In this document: positions 17,542-26,146 of the stretch, one piece after another | How the letters are laid out: the number at the start of each line of letters is the position of its first letter | Position numbering within the stretch: position 1 is the first letter of the stretch | Origin: a virus | Taxonomy: Duplodnaviria > Caudoviricetes | IMG/VR virus record: IMGVR_UViG_3300044695_004146 | Coordinates: 1 to 28,465 of that record | Length of the DNA: 28,465 nucleotides | Strand: one strand, 5' to 3' | Made by a program: the position numbers and the translations under genes | Notes under the pieces: generated by a model | Told to the model about the DNA's origin: nothing | The model's input: only the letters and a program-made list of their open reading frames with translations | The model's database searches: none

Positions 17542-18177
17542 ATGTTAACAGAAAAGATACAAGCAGCACTTGAAGACATCCGTAATGGTAAACCAATCAT
17601 TGTCGTAGACAGTTATGATCGTGAAAACGAAGGTGACTTGATGATTGCTGCCGAAAAGGCAACACCTGAAACCTTGGCCTTCATTGCGAAAGAAGCACGG
17701 GGTATCATGTGCATTCCCACACCAAAGTTTATGTTGGATCGTTTGGGCATTCCCATGAGTCCGTCCAATAATAACGATAAGTTTTCTACACCATTCGCAG
17801 TAAGTATTGACGCTCGTGATGGTGTCACTACTGGCGTTAGTGTAGAAGATCGTATGGTTACAATTGGATTGGTATTGGACGAAAATACCAAGCCAGAGCA
17901 GTTAGCTTACCCAGGACATTTATTCCCACTTCGTCCACGATCAGGTCTCCTAAAAGATCGTCAAGGTCATACCGAAGCATCAGTACAGTTAGCAATGATG
18001 GCGGGTACGAAACCAGTGGCTATTATTTGTGAAATCATGAATGATGATGGTAGTATGTCCCGCATTCCAGATTTGGATCCATATGCAAAGAAATGGAATT
18101 TAAATATGATTTCTATCGATGAAGTTATTGAATATTGTAATGAAATTGGATGGGAACCTTCAATTCAAGTTGGGTAA
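17542..18177 (+). CDS. ribB: 3,4-dihydroxy-2-butanone-4-phosphate synthase
   Basis: DRENEGDL, GIMC, FAVSID, TTGVS..DR, PGHLFPL, RQGHTEAS and ICEIMNDDGSM all intact. Confidence 0.93.
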   Translation: MLTEKIQAALEDIRNGKPIIVVDSYDRENEGDLMIAAEKATPETLAFIAKEARGIMCIPTPKFMLDRLGIPMSPSNNNDKFSTPFAVSIDARDGVTTGVSVEDRMVTIGLVLDENTKPEQLAYPGHLFPLRPRSGLLKDRQGHTEASVQLAMMAGTKPVAIICEIMNDDGSMSRIPDLDPYAKKWNLNMISIDEVIEYCNEIGWEPSIQVG

Positions 18178-18180
18178 TAT

Positions 18181-18522
18181 ATGGCACACAGAGTATACAA
18201 GGGTACATCAATCGGTGGTAGTCCGATTGTAACAATGGTAGACAATCATGTATATAAAGGAATGGCTATCGAAGGAGCTCCGTTATACACGGTGAATGAT
18301 AATCGTTTGTTTAGAGGGAGATCTTATTCAGGTTCTCCATTAGCTACATTACACGAGAATCGTATATTTTTGGGAATGTCCAAGCAAGGTGATCCATTAG
18401 CAACTATTGTGGATAATAAAAGTTATAAAGGAATGGCAGTATTTGGGTCGCCAATAGCAACATCACCTGATAACAATAAGTTGGCGGTCTTTGCAGCAAC
18501 ATATCATATACTGAAAGGATAA
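18181..18522 (+). CDS. Five-fold 19-aa repeat protein, beta-flower-like
   Basis: Five repeats of ~(N)RVYKGxxxxGxPLxT followed by a hydrophobic C-terminal helix. Confidence 0.65.
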   Translation: MAHRVYKGTSIGGSPIVTMVDNHVYKGMAIEGAPLYTVNDNRLFRGRSYSGSPLATLHENRIFLGMSKQGDPLATIVDNKSYKGMAVFGSPIATSPDNNKLAVFAATYHILKG

Positions 18523-18523
18523 T

Positions 18524-19522
18524 ATGTCCGAATTAGTTACACGGGCCTACAATCGATTTGATGTGGATGCGACACGGGGGATACTTAGAAAGATAAGTTC
18601 TACCGAACGACTGCGTGATGAAATTTTGTATTATAAAACCCTGCAGACAACCTTCCCCGACAAATCAATTTATTTTCCACGACTACTCGACAGCATTCAT
18701 CATGTGAAAGATGATTACTGGATGGATCTGGAACTGTATGATTATCCCAATCTGGGTAGTTACTTACTGGCGGACAATATTATGCCGTCGTGGGATGATT
18801 TATTTTCTAAATTGTCGAACATATTAACGGAATGGTCAGAAGCACATCCGTATACAAAATGGACAGAGGATGAAATTCGTTCGGCTGCATATGACATGTA
18901 TATAACAAAGACCGAACGAGAATACACTAATTTTTATAATGGTTGGCGAGATAAGTTTGAATCTTTATTTATTGATCAAATAAGAAATCATATATTATAC
19001 ATCAATAACAAAGAATACAAACCATTTGAAATGATATGGCCGCAGATAAAATCATATATCGAAAAAAATATGTTACAATTTACACCATCAATGATTCATG
19101 GTGATTGTTGTTTCAGTAATATTTTATATGGACAAGAGAAAAACATTATTCGATTCATTGATCCTCGTGGATCGTTTGGTAAAGTAGGAATATTTGGTGA
19201 CATTAGATATGATGTTGCAAAATTACAACACTCGGTTGATGGATTATACGAAGCGTTTATAACTGATAAATTTACTGTCGATGCTCGTGGAAATGCATAT
19301 GAACTGAATATTCGTACCGGATCTATTGCACATACAGAAATCAATATTGCGTATGAAAAATTTCATAAAACATTTTTCCCACAATTTAAACTGAAAGATA
19401 TCAAGATTATTCAGGGATGTATCTTTATTGGTATGTGTGCACGACACTATGATAGTATGGAAAGACAACGAGCAATGTACTTGACTGGCATTCGTTTATT
19501 GAATGAGGCATCACAATTATGA
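18524..19522 (+). CDS. APH/choline kinase-fold sugar kinase (capsule-biosynthesis type)
   Basis: RAYN, EILYY, HGDCCFSNIL, FIDPRGSFG and GDIRYDVAKL motifs. Confidence 0.82.
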   Translation: MSELVTRAYNRFDVDATRGILRKISSTERLRDEILYYKTLQTTFPDKSIYFPRLLDSIHHVKDDYWMDLELYDYPNLGSYLLADNIMPSWDDLFSKLSNILTEWSEAHPYTKWTEDEIRSAAYDMYITKTEREYTNFYNGWRDKFESLFIDQIRNHILYINNKEYKPFEMIWPQIKSYIEKNMLQFTPSMIHGDCCFSNILYGQEKNIIRFIDPRGSFGKVGIFGDIRYDVAKLQHSVDGLYEAFITDKFTVDARGNAYELNIRTGSIAHTEINIAYEKFHKTFFPQFKLKDIKIIQGCIFIGMCARHYDSMERQRAMYLTGIRLLNEASQL

Positions 19523-20298
19523 ATGTACTTGTTTTGATGGCCGGTAAAGGTCAACGATTTGTAAAGGAAGGGTACGCAACTCCCAAACCACTCATAGAAG
19601 TAAATGGAAAAACTATACTACAATGGACTACCGAGTCCTGTCCATATATTAAACATGATGGCCGGAGTCAATATAATGATGTAAAATTACATTTCGCTGT
19701 GTTACAAGAACATTTAGAAACTGGATTGGATAGATTTTTATATTCCATATACGGTCGCAATATTGAAATTATTCCGTTTAGAAAAATTACTCGTGGTAAT
19801 TTAGAAACTGCTCACATCGCATGTAAACGAATGTTAAACACCGGGGATGATTTGTTGGTGTTGGATTCTGACAATAAATACAATGATAATAATATGTCAC
19901 AGTTTATTGATCGTTTACCAAAACAAACACATACAATGGCAGTAATGTGTTTTGACAACCTTGACAAATCATTACCGAACAAATGGTCGAATGTAAGTAT
20001 TGAAAAAGGAGTTGCAACGGGTATACGAGAAAAAGATGATGCGTGGATAGAACATCCATCACTCATAGGTACTTTCTATTTTGCGAATACAGATTTCTTT
20101 ATCAATTATTCATCGTATATTATTAATCACGAAAAACCTGTGATCTTCGGTGGTAACCGAGAATATTATATGAGTATGGTTCCTTCACACTTATTAAAAG
20201 TGCAACGGGTATATTCACATAAAATAACAGATGTAATACCGTTAGGTACACCGGAAGATGTCAAACAATTTGAGGGAATATATGATTATAGCGTTTGA
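19519..20298 (+). CDS. Sugar nucleotidyltransferase-fold protein (BcbE-like GT-A)
   Basis: LMAGKGQRF...PKPLIEV, TRG..ETA, LDSD, REK, EYY and LGTPED motifs. Confidence 0.82.
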   Translation: MNVLVLMAGKGQRFVKEGYATPKPLIEVNGKTILQWTTESCPYIKHDGRSQYNDVKLHFAVLQEHLETGLDRFLYSIYGRNIEIIPFRKITRGNLETAHIACKRMLNTGDDLLVLDSDNKYNDNNMSQFIDRLPKQTHTMAVMCFDNLDKSLPNKWSNVSIEKGVATGIREKDDAWIEHPSLIGTFYFANTDFFINYSSYIINHEKPVIFGGNREYYMSMVPSHLLKVQRVYSHKITDVIPLGTPEDVKQFEGIYDYSV

Positions 20299-20662
20299 CC
20301 TGGACAACACTATCTGCGAAAATAAACTTGGTGATATGACGTACGCCGATGTGAAACCGTTTCCAGAAGCATTAGACACATTAAAATGGTTAAAGGCAGA
20401 AGGACATACTATTATTTTACACACCGCACGACACATGAAAACTTGTGGTGGGAATCAAGGAAAGGTATTGGCAAAACAAGGAAAAGTTTTATTCGATTGG
20501 TTAGATACATGGGAGATACCATACGATGAAATTTGGTGGAGCAAGCCACACGCCGATCTAATAGTAGATGATGCAGTACATAGACACACAGAGTGGTCTT
20601 CCACAGTGGAAGCCATTAAGAACCGAATACAAAAAGGTCCGCGGGGACCGGAGAATCCATAA
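20282..20662 (+). CDS. HAD phosphatase, capsule-biosynthesis (EcbF/BcbF-like)
   Basis: SD GAGGG; FDLDNT, HTAR, WL....IPYDEI...KP and VDD motifs. Confidence 0.82.
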   Translation: MIIAFDLDNTICENKLGDMTYADVKPFPEALDTLKWLKAEGHTIILHTARHMKTCGGNQGKVLAKQGKVLFDWLDTWEIPYDEIWWSKPHADLIVDDAVHRHTEWSSTVEAIKNRIQKGPRGPENP

Positions 20663-20664
20663 TT

Positions 20665-21498
20665 ATGTCAGAACCTACTTTCTTTTTCGACACAGCAGAC
20701 ACAAACTATATTCGTAAGACATGGGATAAACTTGGTAAACACATCGACGGTGAATCGGTAATTGGTATTACGACAAATCCAAGTGCGTTGGCAAAAGTAA
20801 ACTGTGATACTTTAAATAAGTTTGAAAAACTTGTTACTGAACTCTGTGAACTTGTTCACGACATTCGTGGACAAAGTGCATTTGGGTTGGTATATGTGCA
20901 AGTTCCTAATTCATTGATGGACCCCGATGAAATTATTGAATGGGCCAAGTACATTAAACAATTCAATGGTAATGGAGCAGCAATCGCATTAAAAATTCCA
21001 CATTTTAATTACGCGGTACAACTAACAGAAGACCCAGAATTCCATGAGTTATATGTGAATGTCACTGGTGTTGCTGATGCTGGAACGATTGTGAAATCTA
21101 TGAGTTTTAATAATATATTTTTTGGTAGTATTATTCCAGGTCGTATGGAAGAAGTGGGTATCGATGCTAACTCTCATTTAGAATTTTTAGCAAACACACA
21201 ATTCCACAAACATCAAAATATTATTGCGGGAAGTATGCGTACGATTGAAGGACTTCGCAATTCCATTTATTATCACACCGTTCCTACGATTGGTAGTCGT
21301 GTGTGGGATATCATTGACACTGAAAATGGATGGGAACAGTTTGCTTCATACTGGGAATATACATATTCTGCACCTGAGTATCCTGTTGCGACCTATCCAC
21401 CATTCACGACCGGAACAAATATTGACTTAAGTAAACAGTTCTTTGATCAAATGGATATATTAGGTGAAAGTATATACAAAGAGTTTATTGGTAAATGA
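20665..21498 (+). CDS. Transaldolase / fructose-6-phosphate aldolase family protein, divergent
   Basis: FFDTAD, GITTNPS, LKIP (Schiff-base Lys), VNVT, PGR and AGSMR motifs. Confidence 0.8.
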   Translation: MSEPTFFFDTADTNYIRKTWDKLGKHIDGESVIGITTNPSALAKVNCDTLNKFEKLVTELCELVHDIRGQSAFGLVYVQVPNSLMDPDEIIEWAKYIKQFNGNGAAIALKIPHFNYAVQLTEDPEFHELYVNVTGVADAGTIVKSMSFNNIFFGSIIPGRMEEVGIDANSHLEFLANTQFHKHQNIIAGSMRTIEGLRNSIYYHTVPTIGSRVWDIIDTENGWEQFASYWEYTYSAPEYPVATYPPFTTGTNIDLSKQFFDQMDILGESIYKEFIGK

Positions 21499-22226
21499 AT
21501 ATAATTATTCCTATGGCTGGTGAAGGAACTCGTGTAAAAAGCACGGTTCCCAAACCACTGGTAGAAGTATTACCAGGTAAAACCATGATTGAAATGGCAT
21601 TGGAATCGTTAAATATTGATGGACATTATTGTTTTATTGTAAGACGATATCAAAATAATGATTGGAATGTGGCTCTTCGTGATTCGATTCGTAAAACCGT
21701 AGGGCAAGCAGTTGTTGTAGAAATTGATTATCTTACCGATGGTCCTGCTATATCCGCGTTACATGCACCTGAATTATTTTTTGGCAATACAGATTTGTTA
21801 GTTACAAATTGTGACCAAATTATGCATTGGGATGCTGATAAATTTATAGAATTTACCAAAACAACAGACGCAGTTGGTGCTGTGGTGACTTATAATACCA
21901 ACACACCAAAGAACAGTTACGCATTGGTTACCAATACAGAACACACATATCCGATATTTACCCAAGTAAGAGAAAAGGAAGTGATTAGTAACTATTCCTT
22001 AAACGGTATTCACTGGTGGAAGTATGGTAACGATTTCGCATCTTCTGTGCATACGATGATGGAAAAGAAAAATACTGTTAATGGTGAATATTATGTAGGT
22101 CCGACATATAACTACTTGGAAGGCATTAAACGAGTATATGATATACCTCCGTCAGAACACTATGCCGTAGGAACCTTGGAAGATATTGAACAATATAGAG
22201 TATTGTATGGAAATAAAACGAATTGA
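21495..22226 (+). CDS. Sugar nucleotidyltransferase-fold protein (BcbE-like GT-A), second copy
   Basis: IPMAGEGTR...PKPLVEV, TDGPA, NCDQ, REKEVIS, NGEYYVGP and GTLED motifs. Confidence 0.85.
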   Translation: MNIIIPMAGEGTRVKSTVPKPLVEVLPGKTMIEMALESLNIDGHYCFIVRRYQNNDWNVALRDSIRKTVGQAVVVEIDYLTDGPAISALHAPELFFGNTDLLVTNCDQIMHWDADKFIEFTKTTDAVGAVVTYNTNTPKNSYALVTNTEHTYPIFTQVREKEVISNYSLNGIHWWKYGNDFASSVHTMMEKKNTVNGEYYVGPTYNYLEGIKRVYDIPPSEHYAVGTLEDIEQYRVLYGNKTN

Positions 22227-22545
22227 GGATATGACCCGTGGATGGTTTATTGGAAACTTTAATCCATCCGTGTTAATGACCAGTGACTTTGAAGTAGGAT
22301 ATCTTTGTCACAAAAAAGGGGAAACTTGGGGTACGCATTATCACAAGAGAGCTGTAGAAATTAATTATTTAATTCGTGGAAAGATGCGAATTCACGGACA
22401 ACTATTGACAACAGGAGATATATTCACTATATTTCCGTATGAGATAGCAGATCCAGAATTCTTAGAAGATTGTGAATTAATTGTTGTTAAATTACCGTCT
22501 GTCATAGGCGACAAATATAATTTAGTAGAAGAGGTAAAAAAATAA
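22207..22545 (+). CDS. Cupin (RmlC-like sugar epimerase/isomerase)
   Basis: GWFIGNF and HYHKRAVEINY metal-binding cupin motif. Confidence 0.75.
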   Translation: MEIKRIEDMTRGWFIGNFNPSVLMTSDFEVGYLCHKKGETWGTHYHKRAVEINYLIRGKMRIHGQLLTTGDIFTIFPYEIADPEFLEDCELIVVKLPSVIGDKYNLVEEVKK

Positions 22546-22546
22546 A

Positions 22547-23776
22547 ATGAGTGTGAATATTTTTACAAGAGATATTGATTTATCTAAATATTTTGTAGTT
22601 AAGTATTTTCTTTCGGGGAAAACTTCACTACGAGATGCCGCGTGGAATTTGGCAATTGGGCAAAGCATCGGCAATCCGAACAATCGTAGTGTGTGGGAAA
22701 CGGACCAGATGTTTCGTGATCACAGTTGTTTTGTTCTCGCTGATGAAAATGAATTGAAGTCAAAGTTTTCCGGTGAAGTTGATATCGCATTTCCCTTAGA
22801 AAATCTCAACTTAGAAGAAGATGGTATCTCTCAAATTCTCTGTCATATCGCTGGTGGTCAGGTTGATATTCTGGAAATTGAACAATGCCATGTGTTAGAT
22901 GTAACACTACCAGAACATATTGAACAACAGTTTACATTGAAACCAGCATATGGTATTGATGGATTCCGTAAATTTAATGGTGTCGAAGGTAAACCATTCT
23001 TCGGTGGTATTATCAAACCCAAGGTTGGAATGAGTCCCGAGGTATTGTTAGAAGCCGTGAAGGAAATGGTGTATGGCGGTGTAAACTTTATTAAAGAAGA
23101 TGAACTCCTTGGTGACCCCGCACATTGTCCATTATCCAAACGAGTTCCACTAATTTCAAATTGGTTGGCACAAAATGCCCCGAATGTAATGTACACATTC
23201 TGTATTAATGGTGACAGTCCGTACGCATTACAACGAGCACAGTTCGTTTCAGATGAAGGTGGATTGGGCGTCCATATTAATGTGTGGAGTGGATTGGGTA
23301 TATATCGTGCAATCCGTAAACAGAATCCCAATCTGTGGATTCACTTCCAGAAGTCTGGGGACAAATTCTTTACTGACCGGCGTGCACCAAATCATATTTA
23401 TTGGCCTGTCATCTGTAAGATTGCTGGTTGGTCTGGTGCAGATTCTATCCACGCAGGTATGATTGGTGGATACATGAATCAAGACGATACCGAACTTCAA
23501 GATGCATTGAAAGTGTTGTGGAATTATAATGTCATCCCTGCACTTAGTTGTGGAATGCATCCTGGATTGGTTCAACATATTAATGGACTACTTGATAGTC
23601 ATGATTGGATGGCAAATGTTGGTGGTGCAATGCATGGGCATCCCATGGGTACTCTCGCCGGTGGGTTGGCGATGCGTCAAGCAATCGATGGTACTCATGG
23701 AATGGAATACGAAACAGCCATTACGAAATGGGGACATGCAGAAGTTAATTCCGATTTACAATACAGAATTTTTTAA
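22547..23776 (+). CDS. RuBisCO-like protein (form IV RLP)
   Basis: GGIIKPKVG, GVNFIKEDE, DSIHAG, LSCGMHPG and VGGAMHGHP align to RbcL; Glu60, His294 and Lys334 equivalents are replaced. Confidence 0.9.
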   Translation: MSVNIFTRDIDLSKYFVVKYFLSGKTSLRDAAWNLAIGQSIGNPNNRSVWETDQMFRDHSCFVLADENELKSKFSGEVDIAFPLENLNLEEDGISQILCHIAGGQVDILEIEQCHVLDVTLPEHIEQQFTLKPAYGIDGFRKFNGVEGKPFFGGIIKPKVGMSPEVLLEAVKEMVYGGVNFIKEDELLGDPAHCPLSKRVPLISNWLAQNAPNVMYTFCINGDSPYALQRAQFVSDEGGLGVHINVWSGLGIYRAIRKQNPNLWIHFQKSGDKFFTDRRAPNHIYWPVICKIAGWSGADSIHAGMIGGYMNQDDTELQDALKVLWNYNVIPALSCGMHPGLVQHINGLLDSHDWMANVGGAMHGHPMGTLAGGLAMRQAIDGTHGMEYETAITKWGHAEVNSDLQYRIF

Positions 23777-23785
23777 GAGAATTAT

Positions 23786-24451
23786 ATGACATTAATTAAT
23801 AGAACCACCGATATCATTTCGAAGATTACTAAGTTACCTACCGACATATATGGACTAACGCATCGTCCATCGCTGGAGCCACATATTTCCGATGATACGG
23901 ATTGGCTCGGTACTCCTGATCCAGAACCACCATTACATTTTACACCGTTGGATCATGATGCATTGACATATGCGTATAATAAACTTACCTCACCACCAAA
24001 GTTAATTGTGGAAATTGGAGTCAATCGTTCTGAGAGTTATGAAGTATCATCTACTTCTACACTCTTGAAATTAAAACCACAAGAGTGTATGTATATTGGT
24101 ATTGATTTGGATGACAAGTCGGCAATCAATAGTATTGAACACAACATATTTACAATTCAAGATGATTCTGCTAATTATGAAAAATTGTATCAATTGATGG
24201 AATGGTACGGACACGAACAAATTGATTTCATGTTTGTGGATGGGTGGCATTCCGTTAATCAAGTATTAAAGGAGTGGAAGTATTGGGAAAAGATGATTAC
24301 CAATGGGGTCATGGCATTCCACGATACCAATTATCATCCAGGTCCGGTGGCGTTACTTGACGCCATTGACACGAGTATATTTTCCGTTGAATATTTTGGG
24401 CTCGGAGAAGCTGATTGGGGAGTAGGTGTGGTGCAACGATTCGAGGTGTGA
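23786..24451 (+). CDS. Class I SAM-dependent methyltransferase (Methyltransf_24-like)
   Basis: VEIGV, GID, DS, FVDGWHS and GVMAFHDT motifs. Confidence 0.78.
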   Translation: MTLINRTTDIISKITKLPTDIYGLTHRPSLEPHISDDTDWLGTPDPEPPLHFTPLDHDALTYAYNKLTSPPKLIVEIGVNRSESYEVSSTSTLLKLKPQECMYIGIDLDDKSAINSIEHNIFTIQDDSANYEKLYQLMEWYGHEQIDFMFVDGWHSVNQVLKEWKYWEKMITNGVMAFHDTNYHPGPVALLDAIDTSIFSVEYFGLGEADWGVGVVQRFEV

Positions 24452-24452
24452 T

Positions 24453-25364
24453 ATGATTAAAGGTTTAATTTCTATCTTTGTATTACCCCACGAGATTGAT
24501 AATTTACATTTAACATTATATAATCTCCGTCGTAATGCAGAATTTAATCAAGATGTGCAATATAAATTTGACATCACACTGTGTTTAAGTGATGAGATGA
24601 TTGATTGGGCACAATCAAAACTTCCTCGTGAATATTTTGCTGACAAGTTTCATGCTACCGTCACAACATTATGTAAGTGGGCAGACGCAAATAGCACATT
24701 TAGAATAGAATACGAAGATAAAATATTGGGGTGTGTGTCGCAACGCCGACATACATTACAATATGTTGATGAATGTGATTTTACTTTGTGGTTGGATAAT
24801 GACTTATTCTTCGGTGATAAGTTTCTTGGATATTTGGGAAGTGCAATCAACGCTATTCAAAAAAATGGAATTGAATATTATGTAGTAACCCCACAAATTA
24901 CCAGACAATGGGATTCTACATGGGATGTACTCGTTAATGAAGATTTATTGAATAAACCATTTAATGATAATTTGGTGGCAAATGTATTTGATTTGGGGTT
25001 ACGAGACAATGGTGTTGGTGTTGTTCCCATCCCCAACTTTAAGGCAGCCGGTGGATGGGGTACGGTACTTAGTAGTAAGTTATTAAAGATGGTTGGCATA
25101 CCCGACTCGTTTGGACATTACGGTTTAGAAGATACATATGTATTAACATGTGCGCAAATGCTTCGTGAACACGGAGTACCGATACAACAATATGTACTCA
25201 ACGGATTACTGGCATGCGAAAATCACAGTGGGCAAACTAATGAATATTTACGAAAGAATATTTATTTAAAAGATAGAAAAGATGAGTTTAGACAAATAGC
25301 AACACAGAATTACGGACAAGAACTTCAACGGTTTTATAATGAAAATATTCTACAGAATAAGTGA
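24453..25364 (+). CDS. Putative GT-A fold glycosyltransferase
   Basis: SD GAGGTG; WLDNDL (DxD) and GHYGLEDT motifs. Confidence 0.68.
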   Translation: MIKGLISIFVLPHEIDNLHLTLYNLRRNAEFNQDVQYKFDITLCLSDEMIDWAQSKLPREYFADKFHATVTTLCKWADANSTFRIEYEDKILGCVSQRRHTLQYVDECDFTLWLDNDLFFGDKFLGYLGSAINAIQKNGIEYYVVTPQITRQWDSTWDVLVNEDLLNKPFNDNLVANVFDLGLRDNGVGVVPIPNFKAAGGWGTVLSSKLLKMVGIPDSFGHYGLEDTYVLTCAQMLREHGVPIQQYVLNGLLACENHSGQTNEYLRKNIYLKDRKDEFRQIATQNYGQELQRFYNENILQNK

Positions 25365-26085
25365 ATCCAGTAATTCACAACATGCACAACAACGAACATG
25401 GCAAGTTAAGTTATCTAACGCCACGAAACAACGGTGTTTGTTAAATGTACTGAATTGTTTCCCCACGGCAGAAATTACCATATTTGTGGATTCGATTAGC
25501 GATGAAACATGGAAGTGGTTAAATGAATTATCGGATGCAACAGAACGAGTTAATCTCGTCAAGATACAAGCAGGGTCCGATGCTAAGTCAATGCGAGTAT
25601 TATTAGACGAAGTGCAAAAGATTACAAATGATAAAGAAATTGTTTTGTTTCAAGAAGACGATTACCTATATCTTCCTGGTTCTGAACACAAAATTATCGA
25701 GGCATTAAATTATGCGCACTATGCAACTGGGTACTTACACCCTGATAAGTTCTGGGATCCTTCTCACGGTGGCAATCCGTATACTCCTATGGACAATGTA
25801 TCGGAACCTACGCAAGTTATTAAAACGACTGACCATTTTTGGATGATGACCAACTCCACTACCAATACCTTTGCAACAACTGTAGGTACTATCAAAGAAG
25901 ATATGGATGTGTGGATGTGGGGAACCGACGATGGTATTAATACAAAAGATTTTGCAATCTTTCTTAAACTTCGTGAAAAGAATAGGGCATTAGTGCAACC
26001 ATTACCGTCCTTAGCTACACACTGTTTAAAGGGATTTGAAGCACCTCTAGTTGGATTGAATGTCGAGTCATGGGAAGATATCTAA
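25339..26085 (+). CDS. Putative GT-A fold glycosyltransferase
   Basis: LFQEDDYLY, HPDK, STTNTFA and PSLATH motifs; cluster context. Confidence 0.65.
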   Translation: MKIFYRISESSNSQHAQQRTWQVKLSNATKQRCLLNVLNCFPTAEITIFVDSISDETWKWLNELSDATERVNLVKIQAGSDAKSMRVLLDEVQKITNDKEIVLFQEDDYLYLPGSEHKIIEALNYAHYATGYLHPDKFWDPSHGGNPYTPMDNVSEPTQVIKTTDHFWMMTNSTTNTFATTVGTIKEDMDVWMWGTDDGINTKDFAIFLKLREKNRALVQPLPSLATHCLKGFEAPLVGLNVESWEDI

Positions 26086-26088
26086 CCC

Positions 26089-26117
26089 TTGACAATTAAC
26101 AATAGAATTGTTATATT
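26089..26117 (+). promoter_or_regulatory. Sigma70-like promoter with extended -10
   Basis: TTGACA (26089-26094), 17-bp spacer, TATATT (26112-26117) preceded by TGn. Confidence 0.7.
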
Positions 26118-26146
26118 TATCAATGAACCTTAACGAATAGTTTATA

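Noticed and set aside
17542-18177. Riboflavin operon or FMN riboswitch
   Set aside because: No other rib genes, and only 11 bp separate ribB from the upstream gene.
22547-23776. Bona fide CO2-fixing RuBisCO (rbcL) as an auxiliary metabolic gene
   Set aside because: Lys334, His294, Glu60 and Asn123 equivalents appear substituted; no rbcS or phosphoribulokinase in the window.
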